Shown one piece after another: positions 1 to 8,730 of a DNA stretch of 13,355 nucleotides (positions are counted from its first letter, which is position 1; each line of letters starts with the position of its first letter). Source of the stretch: a bacterium. GTDB lineage: Bacteria > Arandabacterota > Arandabacteria > Arandabacterales > JALGWA01. The stretch is from positions 1 through 13,355 of the forward strand of contig JASFEA010000087.1 in NCBI GenBank assembly GCA_050125095.1, in the 5' to 3' direction. Under the pieces are notes generated by a model that did not search any database, had not been told where the DNA came from, and saw only the letters and a program-made list of their open reading frames with translations. Made by a program: the position numbers and the translations under genes.

Positions 1-105
1 ATTGCGGCGCATCACGGCGGCGGGCATCAGAAAGTTATAGACTTTGCGGCGAGAGCAAGTAAGAATCTGGGTAAGGTGATATCGGGCGTAATAGACTCCC
101 TGTAG
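1..105 (+). CDS. 3' end of upstream gene, probably purine nucleoside phosphorylase (partial)
   Basis: Frame 1 is open from base 1 to TAG 103-105: IAAHHGGGHQKVIDFAARASKNLGKVISGVIDSL*. H-x-x-V followed by an amphipathic helix resembles the C-terminus of PNP/MTAP-family enzymes (HEEV...A...L...V). Only 34 codons are visible. Confidence 0.4.
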   Translation: MAAHHGGGHQKVIDFAARASKNLGKVISGVIDSL

Positions 106-132
106 CCGGGCCACGCCCCGGCGGGAGGATAT

Positions 133-1065
133 ATGAGCTGGTTCAGGCGAATTGAGAAGGGCCTGAAGGGCAGCGACAAACGCGACCTGCCTGACGGGCT
201 GTGGCGGAAGTGCGACGCCTGCGGCGAGATAATGTATGAGCGCGTTATCGAGCGCAATGTATGGACCTGCATGAAATGCGGCCATCACTTCATTATCTCG
301 GGCCACCAGTACGCCTCGATACTTGCCGACCAGGGCACCTTCGAGGAAATGGACGCCGGCATGAGGTCCACCGACCCGCTGGGCTTCAAAGACTCAAAGA
401 GATACACCGACCGCATCCGCTCGTCCACCAGGAAGACGGGGCTTAACGAGGCCGTCGTGTCGGGAGCCTGCAAGATAGGCGATCATCCGGCGGTCGTGGC
501 CGCGCTGGATTTCAAGTTCATGGGCGGCAGCATGGGCTCGGTCGTGGGCGAGAAGGTGGCCCGCGCCACAAGGCGGGCGGTGGAGGACAAGAGGGCCCTG
601 GTGATAGTCTCGTCATCGGGCGGCGCCAGGATGCAGGAGGGCATACTCTCGCTGATGCAGATGGCCAAAACGAGCGCCTGGCTCACGCGGCTCTCGGATG
701 GGCACCTCCCCTACATTTCCATACTCACCCATCCAACGACCGGGGGAGTAACGGCGAGCTTCTCCATGCTCGGGGATATCATCATAGCCGAGCCCGGCGC
801 CCTCGTGGGCTTTGCGGGCCCCAGGGTGATACAGCAGACCATCAATCAGGACCTTCCAGAGGGGTTCCAGCGCGCCGAGTTCCTCCTGGCGCACGGCCAG
901 GTGGACATGGTGGTGGCCCGGCCGAGGATGAAGAAGACGGTGGTGGGGCTCCTGGACTTCTTCGGCGACATGGACAGGCCGGCGGAGGGCAGGGGAAGGC
1001 CGGCCATATTGACGACCCCGCCGCATATCCAGGTGAAGGCGGACGGAACCGACGGGAATGGGTAG
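133..1065 (+). CDS. accD: Acetyl-CoA carboxylase carboxyltransferase beta subunit
   Basis: GGAGG SD before ATG; Zn finger CDAC..CMKC; DPLGFKD, FMGGSMGSVVGEK, SGGARMQEG, PTTGGVTASF, GFAGPRVI, FQRAEFLL motifs; followed by folC as in the conserved accD-folC order. Confidence 0.98.
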   Translation: MSWFRRIEKGLKGSDKRDLPDGLWRKCDACGEIMYERVIERNVWTCMKCGHHFIISGHQYASILADQGTFEEMDAGMRSTDPLGFKDSKRYTDRIRSSTRKTGLNEAVVSGACKIGDHPAVVAALDFKFMGGSMGSVVGEKVARATRRAVEDKRALVIVSSSGGARMQEGILSLMQMAKTSAWLTRLSDGHLPYISILTHPTTGGVTASFSMLGDIIIAEPGALVGFAGPRVIQQTINQDLPEGFQRAEFLLAHGQVDMVVARPRMKKTVVGLLDFFGDMDRPAEGRGRPAILTTPPHIQVKADGTDGNG

Positions 1066-2359
1066 AAAGTCCTCTTACCGCTCTTCACTTGACTTCCTCC
1101 TCAATCTCCAGCGTTCGGGAATCAAGCTGGGCCTCGACAGGACCGTTAACCTCCTGGACGCCATAGGCAATCCCCAGGACCACTTCCGGAGCGTGCATAT
1201 AGCCGGCACGAACGGCAAGGGCTCCGTGGCCGCCTACATGAATTCCATCCTGTATCATGCCGGCCTGACGAGCGGCCTCTTCACCTCCCCGCATCTCGTC
1301 GAGTATACCGAGAGGGTGCGCGTCAACGGCGAGGCCATATCCCGCTCAGACCTCAGGTCGATCGTCTCGGACATCGCCGGCGCCGTGGCAAGCACGGAGG
1401 CGAGTTTCTTCGAAGCCACCACGGCGGTGGCGTTTGAACAGTTCCGCCGCAGGCGCGTCGATATGGCGGCGGTTGAAGTGGGGATGGGGGGGCGGCTGGA
1501 CTCCACCAATGTGCTAACCCCCGAGCTCACGGCAATAACCTCAATCGATTTCGACCATATGCGCTACCTGGGCAAGACGCTCGGCCTCATAGCCGGCGAA
1601 AAAGCGGGCATTCTCAAGCCCGGAGTGACGGTGGCCACGGCCGCGCTCAAGAAAGGGGCCAGGGAGGCGGTGATGAAAATCGCAAGGTCGCGCCGCTCCA
1701 GAGTCTACGAGATCGGCCGCCATGCGCGGTTCGAGATGCTCGGCATGGATATAGGAGGATGCTACTTCGAGTACCGCGGCCTCAGGGGCAGGCGCCTCCT
1801 CAGAACCGGCATGCCCGGCTGGCACCAGGCTGAGAACGCCAGCCTCGCGGTTCTGTGCGCCGAACTGCTTATGGAGCGGGGAGTGGCGCTCTCGGACCGC
1901 GCGATCGAGAGAGGCGTGGAAGCGGCCCTCTGGCCGGGGCGCCTGCAGGTTCTCTCGGAAGACCCCCTCATCATAGTCGACGGCGCTCACAATGTCGCGG
2001 GAGCGAGGATGCTGGCGAGGTCCCTGGAGGACATGGGCGTATTCCCGGCGATCACCGTGTTCGCGGTGCTGCGGGACAAGCGCTACAAGGACATGCTGAA
2101 GCATATAGCGAGCGTTACCCGCAGTTTCATCTTCACCAGGGCCGAGAACCCCCGCGCGCTGCCCGTCGCGAGGCTCAGGCAGGCCGCAGGAGAGCTGGGC
2201 CTCAAGTCGAGCGGCGTTGGACGCGTCGACCGCGCGGTCGACCGGGCGCTCGGACGGCTCGGCGAGGGCGACGCTCTCCTCATCTCGGGTTCGCTATTCG
2301 CGATCGGCGAGGCCATGCAACATATGGGTTTCGAACCCCAGCGCGTTCGGTTATGTTAA
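1058..2359 (+). CDS. folC: Bifunctional folylpolyglutamate synthase/dihydrofolate synthase
   Basis: HIAGTNGKGS P-loop, FTSPHL, EVGMGGRLDSTNV, DHMRYLG, EKAGI, WPGRLQ, DGAHN, GSLF motifs; overlaps accD by 8 nt. Confidence 0.97.
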   Translation: MGRKSSYRSSLDFLLNLQRSGIKLGLDRTVNLLDAIGNPQDHFRSVHIAGTNGKGSVAAYMNSILYHAGLTSGLFTSPHLVEYTERVRVNGEAISRSDLRSIVSDIAGAVASTEASFFEATTAVAFEQFRRRRVDMAAVEVGMGGRLDSTNVLTPELTAITSIDFDHMRYLGKTLGLIAGEKAGILKPGVTVATAALKKGAREAVMKIARSRRSRVYEIGRHARFEMLGMDIGGCYFEYRGLRGRRLLRTGMPGWHQAENASLAVLCAELLMERGVALSDRAIERGVEAALWPGRLQVLSEDPLIIVDGAHNVAGARMLARSLEDMGVFPAITVFAVLRDKRYKDMLKHIASVTRSFIFTRAENPRALPVARLRQAAGELGLKSSGVGRVDRAVDRALGRLGEGDALLISGSLFAIGEAMQHMGFEPQRVRLC

Positions 2360-2361
2360 TC

Positions 2362-2390
2362 TTGACACCTGAATAGCGGGAAGCTATACT
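2362..2390 (+). promoter_or_regulatory. sigma70-type promoter for the ABC ATPase gene
   Basis: TTGACA (2362-2367), 17-nt spacer, TATACT (2385-2390); GGAGG SD at 2416-2420 before ATG 2426. Confidence 0.8.
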
Positions 2391-2412
2391 CAATCCGCTT
2401 ATACTCAATCCG
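2385..2412 (+). repeat. 13-bp direct repeat TATACTCAATCCG x2 (15-bp period)
   Basis: Identical copies at 2385-2397 and 2400-2412, overlapping the -10 element and the predicted transcription start. Confidence 0.9.
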
Positions 2413-2425
2413 GTCGGAGGCAGAA

Positions 2426-3523
2426 ATGGCGGAAGTCGTTCTGGACAAGGTCACCAAGGTATTCGGAAGCAACGTGGTCGCGGTCGACGAGGCCAGCATA
2501 ACCATCGCGGACAAGGAGTTCGTCGTGCTGGTTGGCCCCTCGGGTTGCGGCAAGTCCACCTTCTTGAGGATGATCGCCGGCCTGGAGGAAGCTACCAGCG
2601 GGGAAATCTACATCGACGGCAAGATGGTGAACAACGTCGCTCCCAAGGACAGGGATATCGCGATGGTGTTCCAGAATTACGCCCTCTATCCCCATATGAC
2701 CGCGTTTGACAACATGGCCTTCGGCCTCAAGCTGAGGAAATACCCCAAGGACGAGATAGCCGGGCGCGTGAGGGACGCGGCCCAGATACTGGGGATAGAG
2801 AACCTCCTGGACCGCAAACCCAAGGAGCTTTCGGGCGGCCAGAGACAGCGCGTGGCCGTGGGGCGCGCCATCGTGCGGAAACCCAAGGTGTTTCTGTTCG
2901 ACGAGCCGCTCTCGAACCTGGACGCCAAGCTCCGTGTGCAGATGAGAACGGAGATCGAAAAACTGCACAACCGCCTGCAGACCACCATGATCTACGTTAC
3001 GCATGACCAGATCGAAGCCATGACCATGGGCACCAGGATTGTCGTCCTGAAGGACGGTCTCATACAGCAGGTCGCCGACCCCATGACTCTCTACGACGCC
3101 CCCGTCAACAGGTTCGTGGCCGGGTTCATCGGGAGTCCCGCGATGAACTTCGCTCACGGCAAGATGGCGGGAGACGGCGAGGCCGTCTTCGAAGAGGGCA
3201 CGTTCAATGTCCCGCTGCCGGCGGAAATACGGGGCAAGCTTGCGGATTACAAGGGCAAGGACATCATATTCGGCGTGCGACCCGAGGACCTTCACGCCAG
3301 GCCGCCGGAGGGAGCGGGAGAGCCGGTCTCGTTCAAGGCCACGGTGGAGGTGGTCGAGCCGATGGGAAACGAAATTTTCGTGTACGTGACGACCGGGAAT
3401 ACGCCGGCCGTCGCCAGGCTGACCACGAGGAAAGAGATTACGCCTGGCTCCCAGATCGAGCTTTTCATAGACATGCGCAGGATTCACTTCTTTGACGCCG
3501 GGAGCGAGGCCACTATAGTCTGA
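2426..3523 (+). CDS. ugpC: Carbohydrate (CUT1) ABC transporter ATP-binding protein, MalK/UgpC/MsmX family
   Basis: Walker A GPSGCGKST, MVFQNYALYPHM, signature LSGGQRQR, Walker B FLFDEPLSNLDAKLR, YVTHDQ, FIGSPAMN, C-terminal TOBE region (GVRPE, VVEPMG). The symbol reflects the family; substrate cannot be determined. Confidence 0.92.
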   Translation: MAEVVLDKVTKVFGSNVVAVDEASITIADKEFVVLVGPSGCGKSTFLRMIAGLEEATSGEIYIDGKMVNNVAPKDRDIAMVFQNYALYPHMTAFDNMAFGLKLRKYPKDEIAGRVRDAAQILGIENLLDRKPKELSGGQRQRVAVGRAIVRKPKVFLFDEPLSNLDAKLRVQMRTEIEKLHNRLQTTMIYVTHDQIEAMTMGTRIVVLKDGLIQQVADPMTLYDAPVNRFVAGFIGSPAMNFAHGKMAGDGEAVFEEGTFNVPLPAEIRGKLADYKGKDIIFGVRPEDLHARPPEGAGEPVSFKATVEVVEPMGNEIFVYVTTGNTPAVARLTTRKEITPGSQIELFIDMRRIHFFDAGSEATIV

Positions 3524-3580
3524 TAATACAGGGAAGAGCCTGCATATTTGTCTCGCCAGAGAAAGGTTGTCGGCTTCGCC

Positions 3581-6500
3581 ATGAGGGTCATCTTCCCCTG
3601 CCTGGTTCTGCTCTTTATCTTATCCCCTGTCCGGGCCGCAGAAGAGGCGTTTGACGTTTCCGCCGACAGGCTGTACGGCCGCCGGACAGCGGAAACCGAG
3701 ATCGTCGTCCTCAAGGACAATGTCAGGATAGTCCACGGCTCCACAGTCGCAACCGCCGACAGCGGCTTCTACGACAAGGCCTCCGAGACCCTCAAGCTCA
3801 TGGGCAGAGCGCGCGTCATGGAAGGGCCCGTGGAGGTGCGCGGAGACGAGTGCGTATACTTCAGGCGGGAGAGGAAGGTTATCTTCCCCCGCGGCATGCA
3901 GGCCCTGGACAGCCTCTCGATGGTCCTGGCCGACAGCGGATCGTATGAGCTCGATATGGAAGTGCTCGATGTCCGCGGCAACGTCTACTACGTAGAGGGC
4001 GACCGCACCATCGAGGCCGACCGCGCCGTCTACCACCGCAAGTCCGAGTTCATAGAGGCCGTGGGCTCCGTGGTCGTAGTCGATGCCGGCTATGGGGCCA
4101 CGCTCAGGGCCGAATACGTGACCTATGACCGGCTGGCGGGATACGGCATAGCCGTCGGGAACCCCGTGCTCGAGCTGAATAGCACGAGAACGGCGGCTGA
4201 GCCGGAATCGCAGGGGCCCTCCGGCGAATCCGTGGAGGGCGAGCCGGCCGACAGCGCGTCCGCCGCGGCAACCGGCCCCGTGCCCGGCGCCCCGCCCGGT
4301 GCCGAGCCCGGTGTCGCGCCCGTACCGGGACCCCGGGCGGCCGAGCCCGCTGCTGAAGAGCCCATCACGGTGAGCTCGGATTCCATGGAGGTCTTCGTAG
4401 ACGAGCACAGGGCCGTGGCCGTTGGTAATGTGAAGATAGTCCGCGGGAGCGTCGTGGGGACGGGCGGCACGGCCATTTTCCTCGACGATGAAGACAGGAC
4501 GATACTGACCGGCAGCCCCTTGCTCGTAGACGGCGAGAGCTCTTTAAGCGGCAATACCATAACCATGTTCAGCACGGGCAACGAAATATCCCGCCTCGAG
4601 GCGGCGGGAACCGCCAAGTCGGTATATCTGACCGAGGGCGGGGAGACGAGCGAGCTGACGGGCGAACATATCACCTTCTCGTTCACGCAAGGGGATCTCA
4701 ACCGCATGTTCGTGGACGGCTCGGCGAAGGGCATATTCTACCCGCCCGAGGCGGACTCGGCCGCTTCGGATTACAGTAACGAGGTTGCGGGCGAGACCAT
4801 CACCATCACATTCGCAGGCAGGGAGGCCGAGAGCGCCGTGGTGACGGGGGGAGTCAAGGGCTCTTACAGAATACAGGGCGACGAGTCCGAGGAGCCGGTC
4901 ACATACGAATGCGACAAGCTGATTTATCAGGTCACAAGCGCGGTCATGGTCCTTGACGGCAACGCGAGGGTCAAGTACGGCAATACGCGGCTCAATTCGC
5001 CGCTCATCGAATACGACTCGCGTTCGTATGTGCTCTTCGCGCCATCGGAACCGGAGCTCTGGGAGGGCGAAGACAGGATCACGGGCACCTCGCTTGCATA
5101 CAATCTGAAGACCCGCCGGGGATCCATCTCCGGCGGCGGCACCAATTACGAGAAGGGCTATTACACCGGCGAGCTTGTGAGGAAGGTGGGCGAGCGGGAG
5201 CTCAACGTCTCCAAGGGCACTTACACCACCTGTGAGCATACGGATGACCCCCACTATTCCTTCACTTCAAGCAAGATGAAGGTCTACCTGGACGACAAAG
5301 TCATAGTCAAGCCTGTCGTACTGAGGGTGCGCGGCATGCCGGTCTTCTGGCTCCCGTTCTACATGTTCCCGATAAAGAAGGGGCGCCACTCGGGCATACT
5401 TATGCCCCGGGTCGAATTCGGGTTCGACGAGGGCAAGGGGCGCTTCGTGCGGAACATCGGTTACTACTACGCTCCCAACGACTACTTGGATTTCTCGCTC
5501 TGGGGCGATTACTACGAGGACGACCGCTGGCTCCTGCATCTGGATTCCAGATACAAGCTCAGGTACGTGCTGAGCGGGGGATTCAATGCCTCATTCACCC
5601 AGGAGCTCGACACCGAGAGCCGGAGGTGGGACCTGGAGGGCAGGCACAGCCAGGAGATCGGCGAGGGAGGGAAGCTGGTAGTCCAGGCCGACTTCGTCAG
5701 CGATGAGAAATACCGTACGGAGACCAGCGAGAACCTGGAGAAGTCCCTGAGGCGCATCCTGGAATCGAGCGTTTCCTATACGCAGAGATGGGAGAAGAGC
5801 AGCCTCAGCATAGCCGCGGACAGGAAGGAGAACCTGGACACGGGCGAGATCACGCAGAAGCTCCCTACCTTCAACTACCTTACGAACAGGCGCACCCTCA
5901 TTGAGGCGTCGCCGGGCGAGAACCGGGTGCACCAGGGCACGTATATTTCAGGGAACCTGACTTTCAGCAACACCTCCAGCGACACGGAGCAGGACAGGAC
6001 CGACAGGCAAAGGGCCCAGCTCAACGCCGCCATTTCGTCCAACCTGAGATTCGCCGACGGCAATCACATTCTCAAGAACTCATCCGTGCTCTCAACCGAC
6101 AGAAAGCCCGGCGACGAGTGGTGCGCCGGATGCGACTCCACGATGCGGGCACACAGCGCCTTCAATAACAGGACGGACTTCACCTTCAGGCTGAACCCGT
6201 GGGCGTCGTTGAACGTAAATCCCAACGTGGCGGCTGCGATAACGGTCTACGATGAGGACATCGAGGGCCAGCGCCTCCCGTTGAGGTTAATATACTGGTA
6301 TTCGATAGCCTCCAACATCACCTTCTACAGAACCTTCAACACCAACCTGGGGGGCCTCAAAGCGCTGCGGCACGTGTTCCTGCCCTCGATAAACTACATA
6401 CATCGCCCCGACTTCTCGGAGTATTCGGGCAGGTTCTACAGCCTGCCCGGCGTAGGGGCCAGCGTGAACAAGTCTATGACCATGAGTATCACGCTCGAGA

Positions 6501-7177
6501 ACAGGTTCCAGGCCAAGATCGGCAGCGGAGAGGACGTAAAGAAGCTGAACAACTTCCTGACACTGACAACCTCTACCACGGCCGACTTCCTCTACAAGGA
6601 AAAGGGAGCCGAAACGCCCTTTTCCACTTTGAACTCGTCGCTCAGGTTCTACCCGCCCGGAGGGGTGAGATTCGACATCAACTTCACAAATGACCCCACG
6701 GACCTCTCCTTCGAAACGCTCAATCTCACCACGAGGTTCGCCTATACGGGCAAAGGTGCGCTGCTCCCGGGTTTTGAGGACCCCGATCGCCAGAACTTCG
6801 AGAGCATGAGGGATCTGACGGGCCAGACGCCATCCTACCAGTTCAACGAGCCCACGGCCAATCCCTGGAACGTATCCGTGATATACCGCCTCAACCGGAC
6901 GTTCGAGACGGGGACGCAGGCTCAGTGGCTCGAGATCCAGACGGGCTTCAACCTGTCCCGGAACTGGCGGGTGGACTACAGCAACCGCTATGACATCACG
7001 CAGCGCGAAATGGCCTACCAGGAGTTCTCGATATACCGGGACCTGCACTGCTGGCAGGCCAGATTCGTGCGCCGCTTCCAGAACGGCAACTGGCAGTATT
7101 ACTTCCGCGTCAACCTCAAGGCCCATCCCGACCTCTACGCCGAGCGCGGCCTCCGGTCGCTCGACCGCGCGTATTAA
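3581..7177 (+). CDS. lptD: LPS-assembly outer membrane protein LptD with extended multi-LptA/OstA-like N-terminal region
   Basis: Signal peptide MRVIFPCLVLLFILSPVRA (ATG 3581; in-frame TTG 3548 is the alternative start). Repeated beta-jellyroll signatures (V+ADR+Y, A+G+V+I, G+P+L). LptD hallmarks GTYTTC...PHY...K...VIVKPVVL...PVFWLPF, NIGYY..PNDY.D, and a C-terminal barrel ending FSIYRDLHCWQARF. Confidence 0.8.
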   Translation: MRVIFPCLVLLFILSPVRAAEEAFDVSADRLYGRRTAETEIVVLKDNVRIVHGSTVATADSGFYDKASETLKLMGRARVMEGPVEVRGDECVYFRRERKVIFPRGMQALDSLSMVLADSGSYELDMEVLDVRGNVYYVEGDRTIEADRAVYHRKSEFIEAVGSVVVVDAGYGATLRAEYVTYDRLAGYGIAVGNPVLELNSTRTAAEPESQGPSGESVEGEPADSASAAATGPVPGAPPGAEPGVAPVPGPRAAEPAAEEPITVSSDSMEVFVDEHRAVAVGNVKIVRGSVVGTGGTAIFLDDEDRTILTGSPLLVDGESSLSGNTITMFSTGNEISRLEAAGTAKSVYLTEGGETSELTGEHITFSFTQGDLNRMFVDGSAKGIFYPPEADSAASDYSNEVAGETITITFAGREAESAVVTGGVKGSYRIQGDESEEPVTYECDKLIYQVTSAVMVLDGNARVKYGNTRLNSPLIEYDSRSYVLFAPSEPELWEGEDRITGTSLAYNLKTRRGSISGGGTNYEKGYYTGELVRKVGERELNVSKGTYTTCEHTDDPHYSFTSSKMKVYLDDKVIVKPVVLRVRGMPVFWLPFYMFPIKKGRHSGILMPRVEFGFDEGKGRFVRNIGYYYAPNDYLDFSLWGDYYEDDRWLLHLDSRYKLRYVLSGGFNASFTQELDTESRRWDLEGRHSQEIGEGGKLVVQADFVSDEKYRTETSENLEKSLRRILESSVSYTQRWEKSSLSIAADRKENLDTGEITQKLPTFNYLTNRRTLIEASPGENRVHQGTYISGNLTFSNTSSDTEQDRTDRQRAQLNAAISSNLRFADGNHILKNSSVLSTDRKPGDEWCAGCDSTMRAHSAFNNRTDFTFRLNPWASLNVNPNVAAAITVYDEDIEGQRLPLRLIYWYSIASNITFYRTFNTNLGGLKALRHVFLPSINYIHRPDFSEYSGRFYSLPGVGASVNKSMTMSITLENRFQAKIGSGEDVKKLNNFLTLTTSTTADFLYKEKGAETPFSTLNSSLRFYPPGGVRFDINFTNDPTDLSFETLNLTTRFAYTGKGALLPGFEDPDRQNFESMRDLTGQTPSYQFNEPTANPWNVSVIYRLNRTFETGTQAQWLEIQTGFNLSRNWRVDYSNRYDITQREMAYQEFSIYRDLHCWQARFVRRFQNGNWQYYFRVNLKAHPDLYAERGLRSLDRAY

Positions 7178-7182
7178 CGGGC

Positions 7183-7211
7183 TTGACCCAGTGCCGGCTT
7201 TGCTGTAGGTT
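7183..7211 (+). promoter_or_regulatory. Putative sigma70-type promoter for the DUF1573-rhodanese-MauE unit
   Basis: TTGACC (7183-7188), 17-nt spacer, TAGGTT (7206-7211), in the intergenic gap. Confidence 0.5.
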
Positions 7212-7276
7212 TTGCTGGAACATTGCCCCGCCGGAGGGGTTTCAAGGTCTGTGTGATCGACGAAAAGGTGACTCAC

Positions 7277-8260
7277 TTGGGCAAATCCCTGTGCGTAGGA
7301 CTGGTTTTCTGGGTAGTTTTCTGCGGGGCGGCCTCTGCGGCCGTCAACTGGCATACGACCGATATCGACGTCGGGCGTATTTACAGGGACGAGCCGCAGA
7401 AGATGTCCTTCGGCTTCGTGAACGCGTCGGATGAGACCCTCTATATTTATGATATCGAGCCCTCATGCGACTGCACCAACGCCCAGGCCATACCCGCGGC
7501 GGTGCCTCCCCATAACTCGGGCGAGATAATGGCCTTCTTCGATCCAATGGGTTATGAGGGCAAGGGCAGGATAACCGAGTTCATCCGGCTCGCGACAAGC
7601 GACCCGGAGACCCCGGATGCGGAGCTTTACTTTACGGTTGACGTCGGCGTGGGCCCCGAGCCCGAGCCCCGCGCCCTCAATTTCGGGAGGATATGCAGGG
7701 GCAGTTCCGACACGCTGGCTCTGGTCGTGCGCCCGGGCTCGGACGACGATCTTGAGATACTCGGCTTCGAAAGCGAAACCGAGTGCGTGCATATAACCCG
7801 GGTGGGCCCCCATAAGGGCGGGGGCGAGGAGTTCAGGGCCATCGTCTGCAACCTGGACTGCAGGGGCGCGGTGTCGAGCTACGTCAACATCAAGACGGCG
7901 GACCCGAAGCGGGAAGTCATCAGGGTGGCGGTTAACGCCAACCTCATGGGGACTATAGTGATCGAGCCGGAGGTCATCGCCTTCGGGCCCACGCTGCCCG
8001 GGAAAGAGGTGGCGCAGAAGGTCAGGGTCTATTGCACCGAAAACCAGCGATTCGAGATAGGGAAGGTCACCTGCACGGCGAATTCGATCGATTGCAGCGT
8101 CACGCTTGCCGAAGAATACGTCTACGAGCTCAGAGTGGCCATTAAGGGAGACGCGCCAGCGGGGCGGGTCTCCGGACAGATACTCATAGAGACCGACTGT
8201 GAAAGCCAGCCCCTCCTGACCGCTAAGGTCACGGGCTATGTAAGGAGCGCGGATAAGTGA
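7277..8260 (+). CDS. Exported DUF1573-domain protein with tandem Ig-like domains and a CxC motif
   Basis: TTG 7277 follows AAGGTGA SD (GTG 7268 and TTG 7223 are alternatives); signal peptide MGKSLCVGLVFWVVFCGAASA; DUF1573 pattern ID+G.I...F.F.N....L.I..I.PSCDCT....VPP..SG.I; two further Ig-like repeats (LNFG, IAFG). The stop overlaps the next start (GTGA). Confidence 0.75.
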   Translation: MGKSLCVGLVFWVVFCGAASAAVNWHTTDIDVGRIYRDEPQKMSFGFVNASDETLYIYDIEPSCDCTNAQAIPAAVPPHNSGEIMAFFDPMGYEGKGRITEFIRLATSDPETPDAELYFTVDVGVGPEPEPRALNFGRICRGSSDTLALVVRPGSDDDLEILGFESETECVHITRVGPHKGGGEEFRAIVCNLDCRGAVSSYVNIKTADPKREVIRVAVNANLMGTIVIEPEVIAFGPTLPGKEVAQKVRVYCTENQRFEIGKVTCTANSIDCSVTLAEEYVYELRVAIKGDAPAGRVSGQILIETDCESQPLLTAKVTGYVRSADK

Positions 8261-8730
8261 CGGAAATACTGACGCGGGCGGTGAAAGAGGCCGTCATCAT
8301 CGTGATCATAGTCGTAATAGTCGCCATGGTGGTGAACCGCGCGCGGGATGAGGGAATCCCCCTTATTGCGGACGCGGAGACCTTCCGGGTGCAGACCAAT
8401 GCCGAGTTCCTGGTCGCCGCCGACGCCAGGGCGTATTTCGATGACGGGTCCGGGATCTTCCTTGATGCCCGCGAGGAGCGCCTCTATGCCGCGGAGCACA
8501 TAGAAGGGGCCCTCAACGTCCCTTCCACGGGCGGCGGTGTGGACGAGATGGCCTACATGGTCCCGGCGGACCCCGTGCTCATCTGCTATTCGGCCGAGAG
8601 CACCGAGCGCGAGGCCGGGGTGATAGCGGATAAGCTCCTTGAGCTGGGATTTACCAGAGTCTACGTGCTCCACGGCGGCCTGGAGGCATGGAAAGCCGAG
8701 GGCCTTCCGACTGTGAAGGAGAGCGAGTAA
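8257..8730 (+). CDS. Membrane-anchored rhodanese-like domain protein
   Basis: AAGGAG SD and GTG start; N-terminal hydrophobic helix; FLDAR....Y..EHIEGALNVP and LLELGFTRVYVLHGGLEAWK rhodanese signatures; active-site loop is atypical (ICYSAEST). Confidence 0.85.
   Translation: MTEILTRAVKEAVIIVIIVVIVAMVVNRARDEGIPLIADAETFRVQTNAEFLVAADARAYFDDGSGIFLDAREERLYAAEHIEGALNVPSTGGGVDEMAYMVPADPVLICYSAESTEREAGVIADKLLELGFTRVYVLHGGLEAWKAEGLPTVKESE

Noticed and set aside
2405-3487. Long minus-strand ORFs (also 3620..4408, 6287..7354, 9635..10402, 10799..11641, 11638..12720)
   Set aside because: Antisense shadows of well-supported + strand genes, expected from GC-rich codon bias, with no recognisable motifs.
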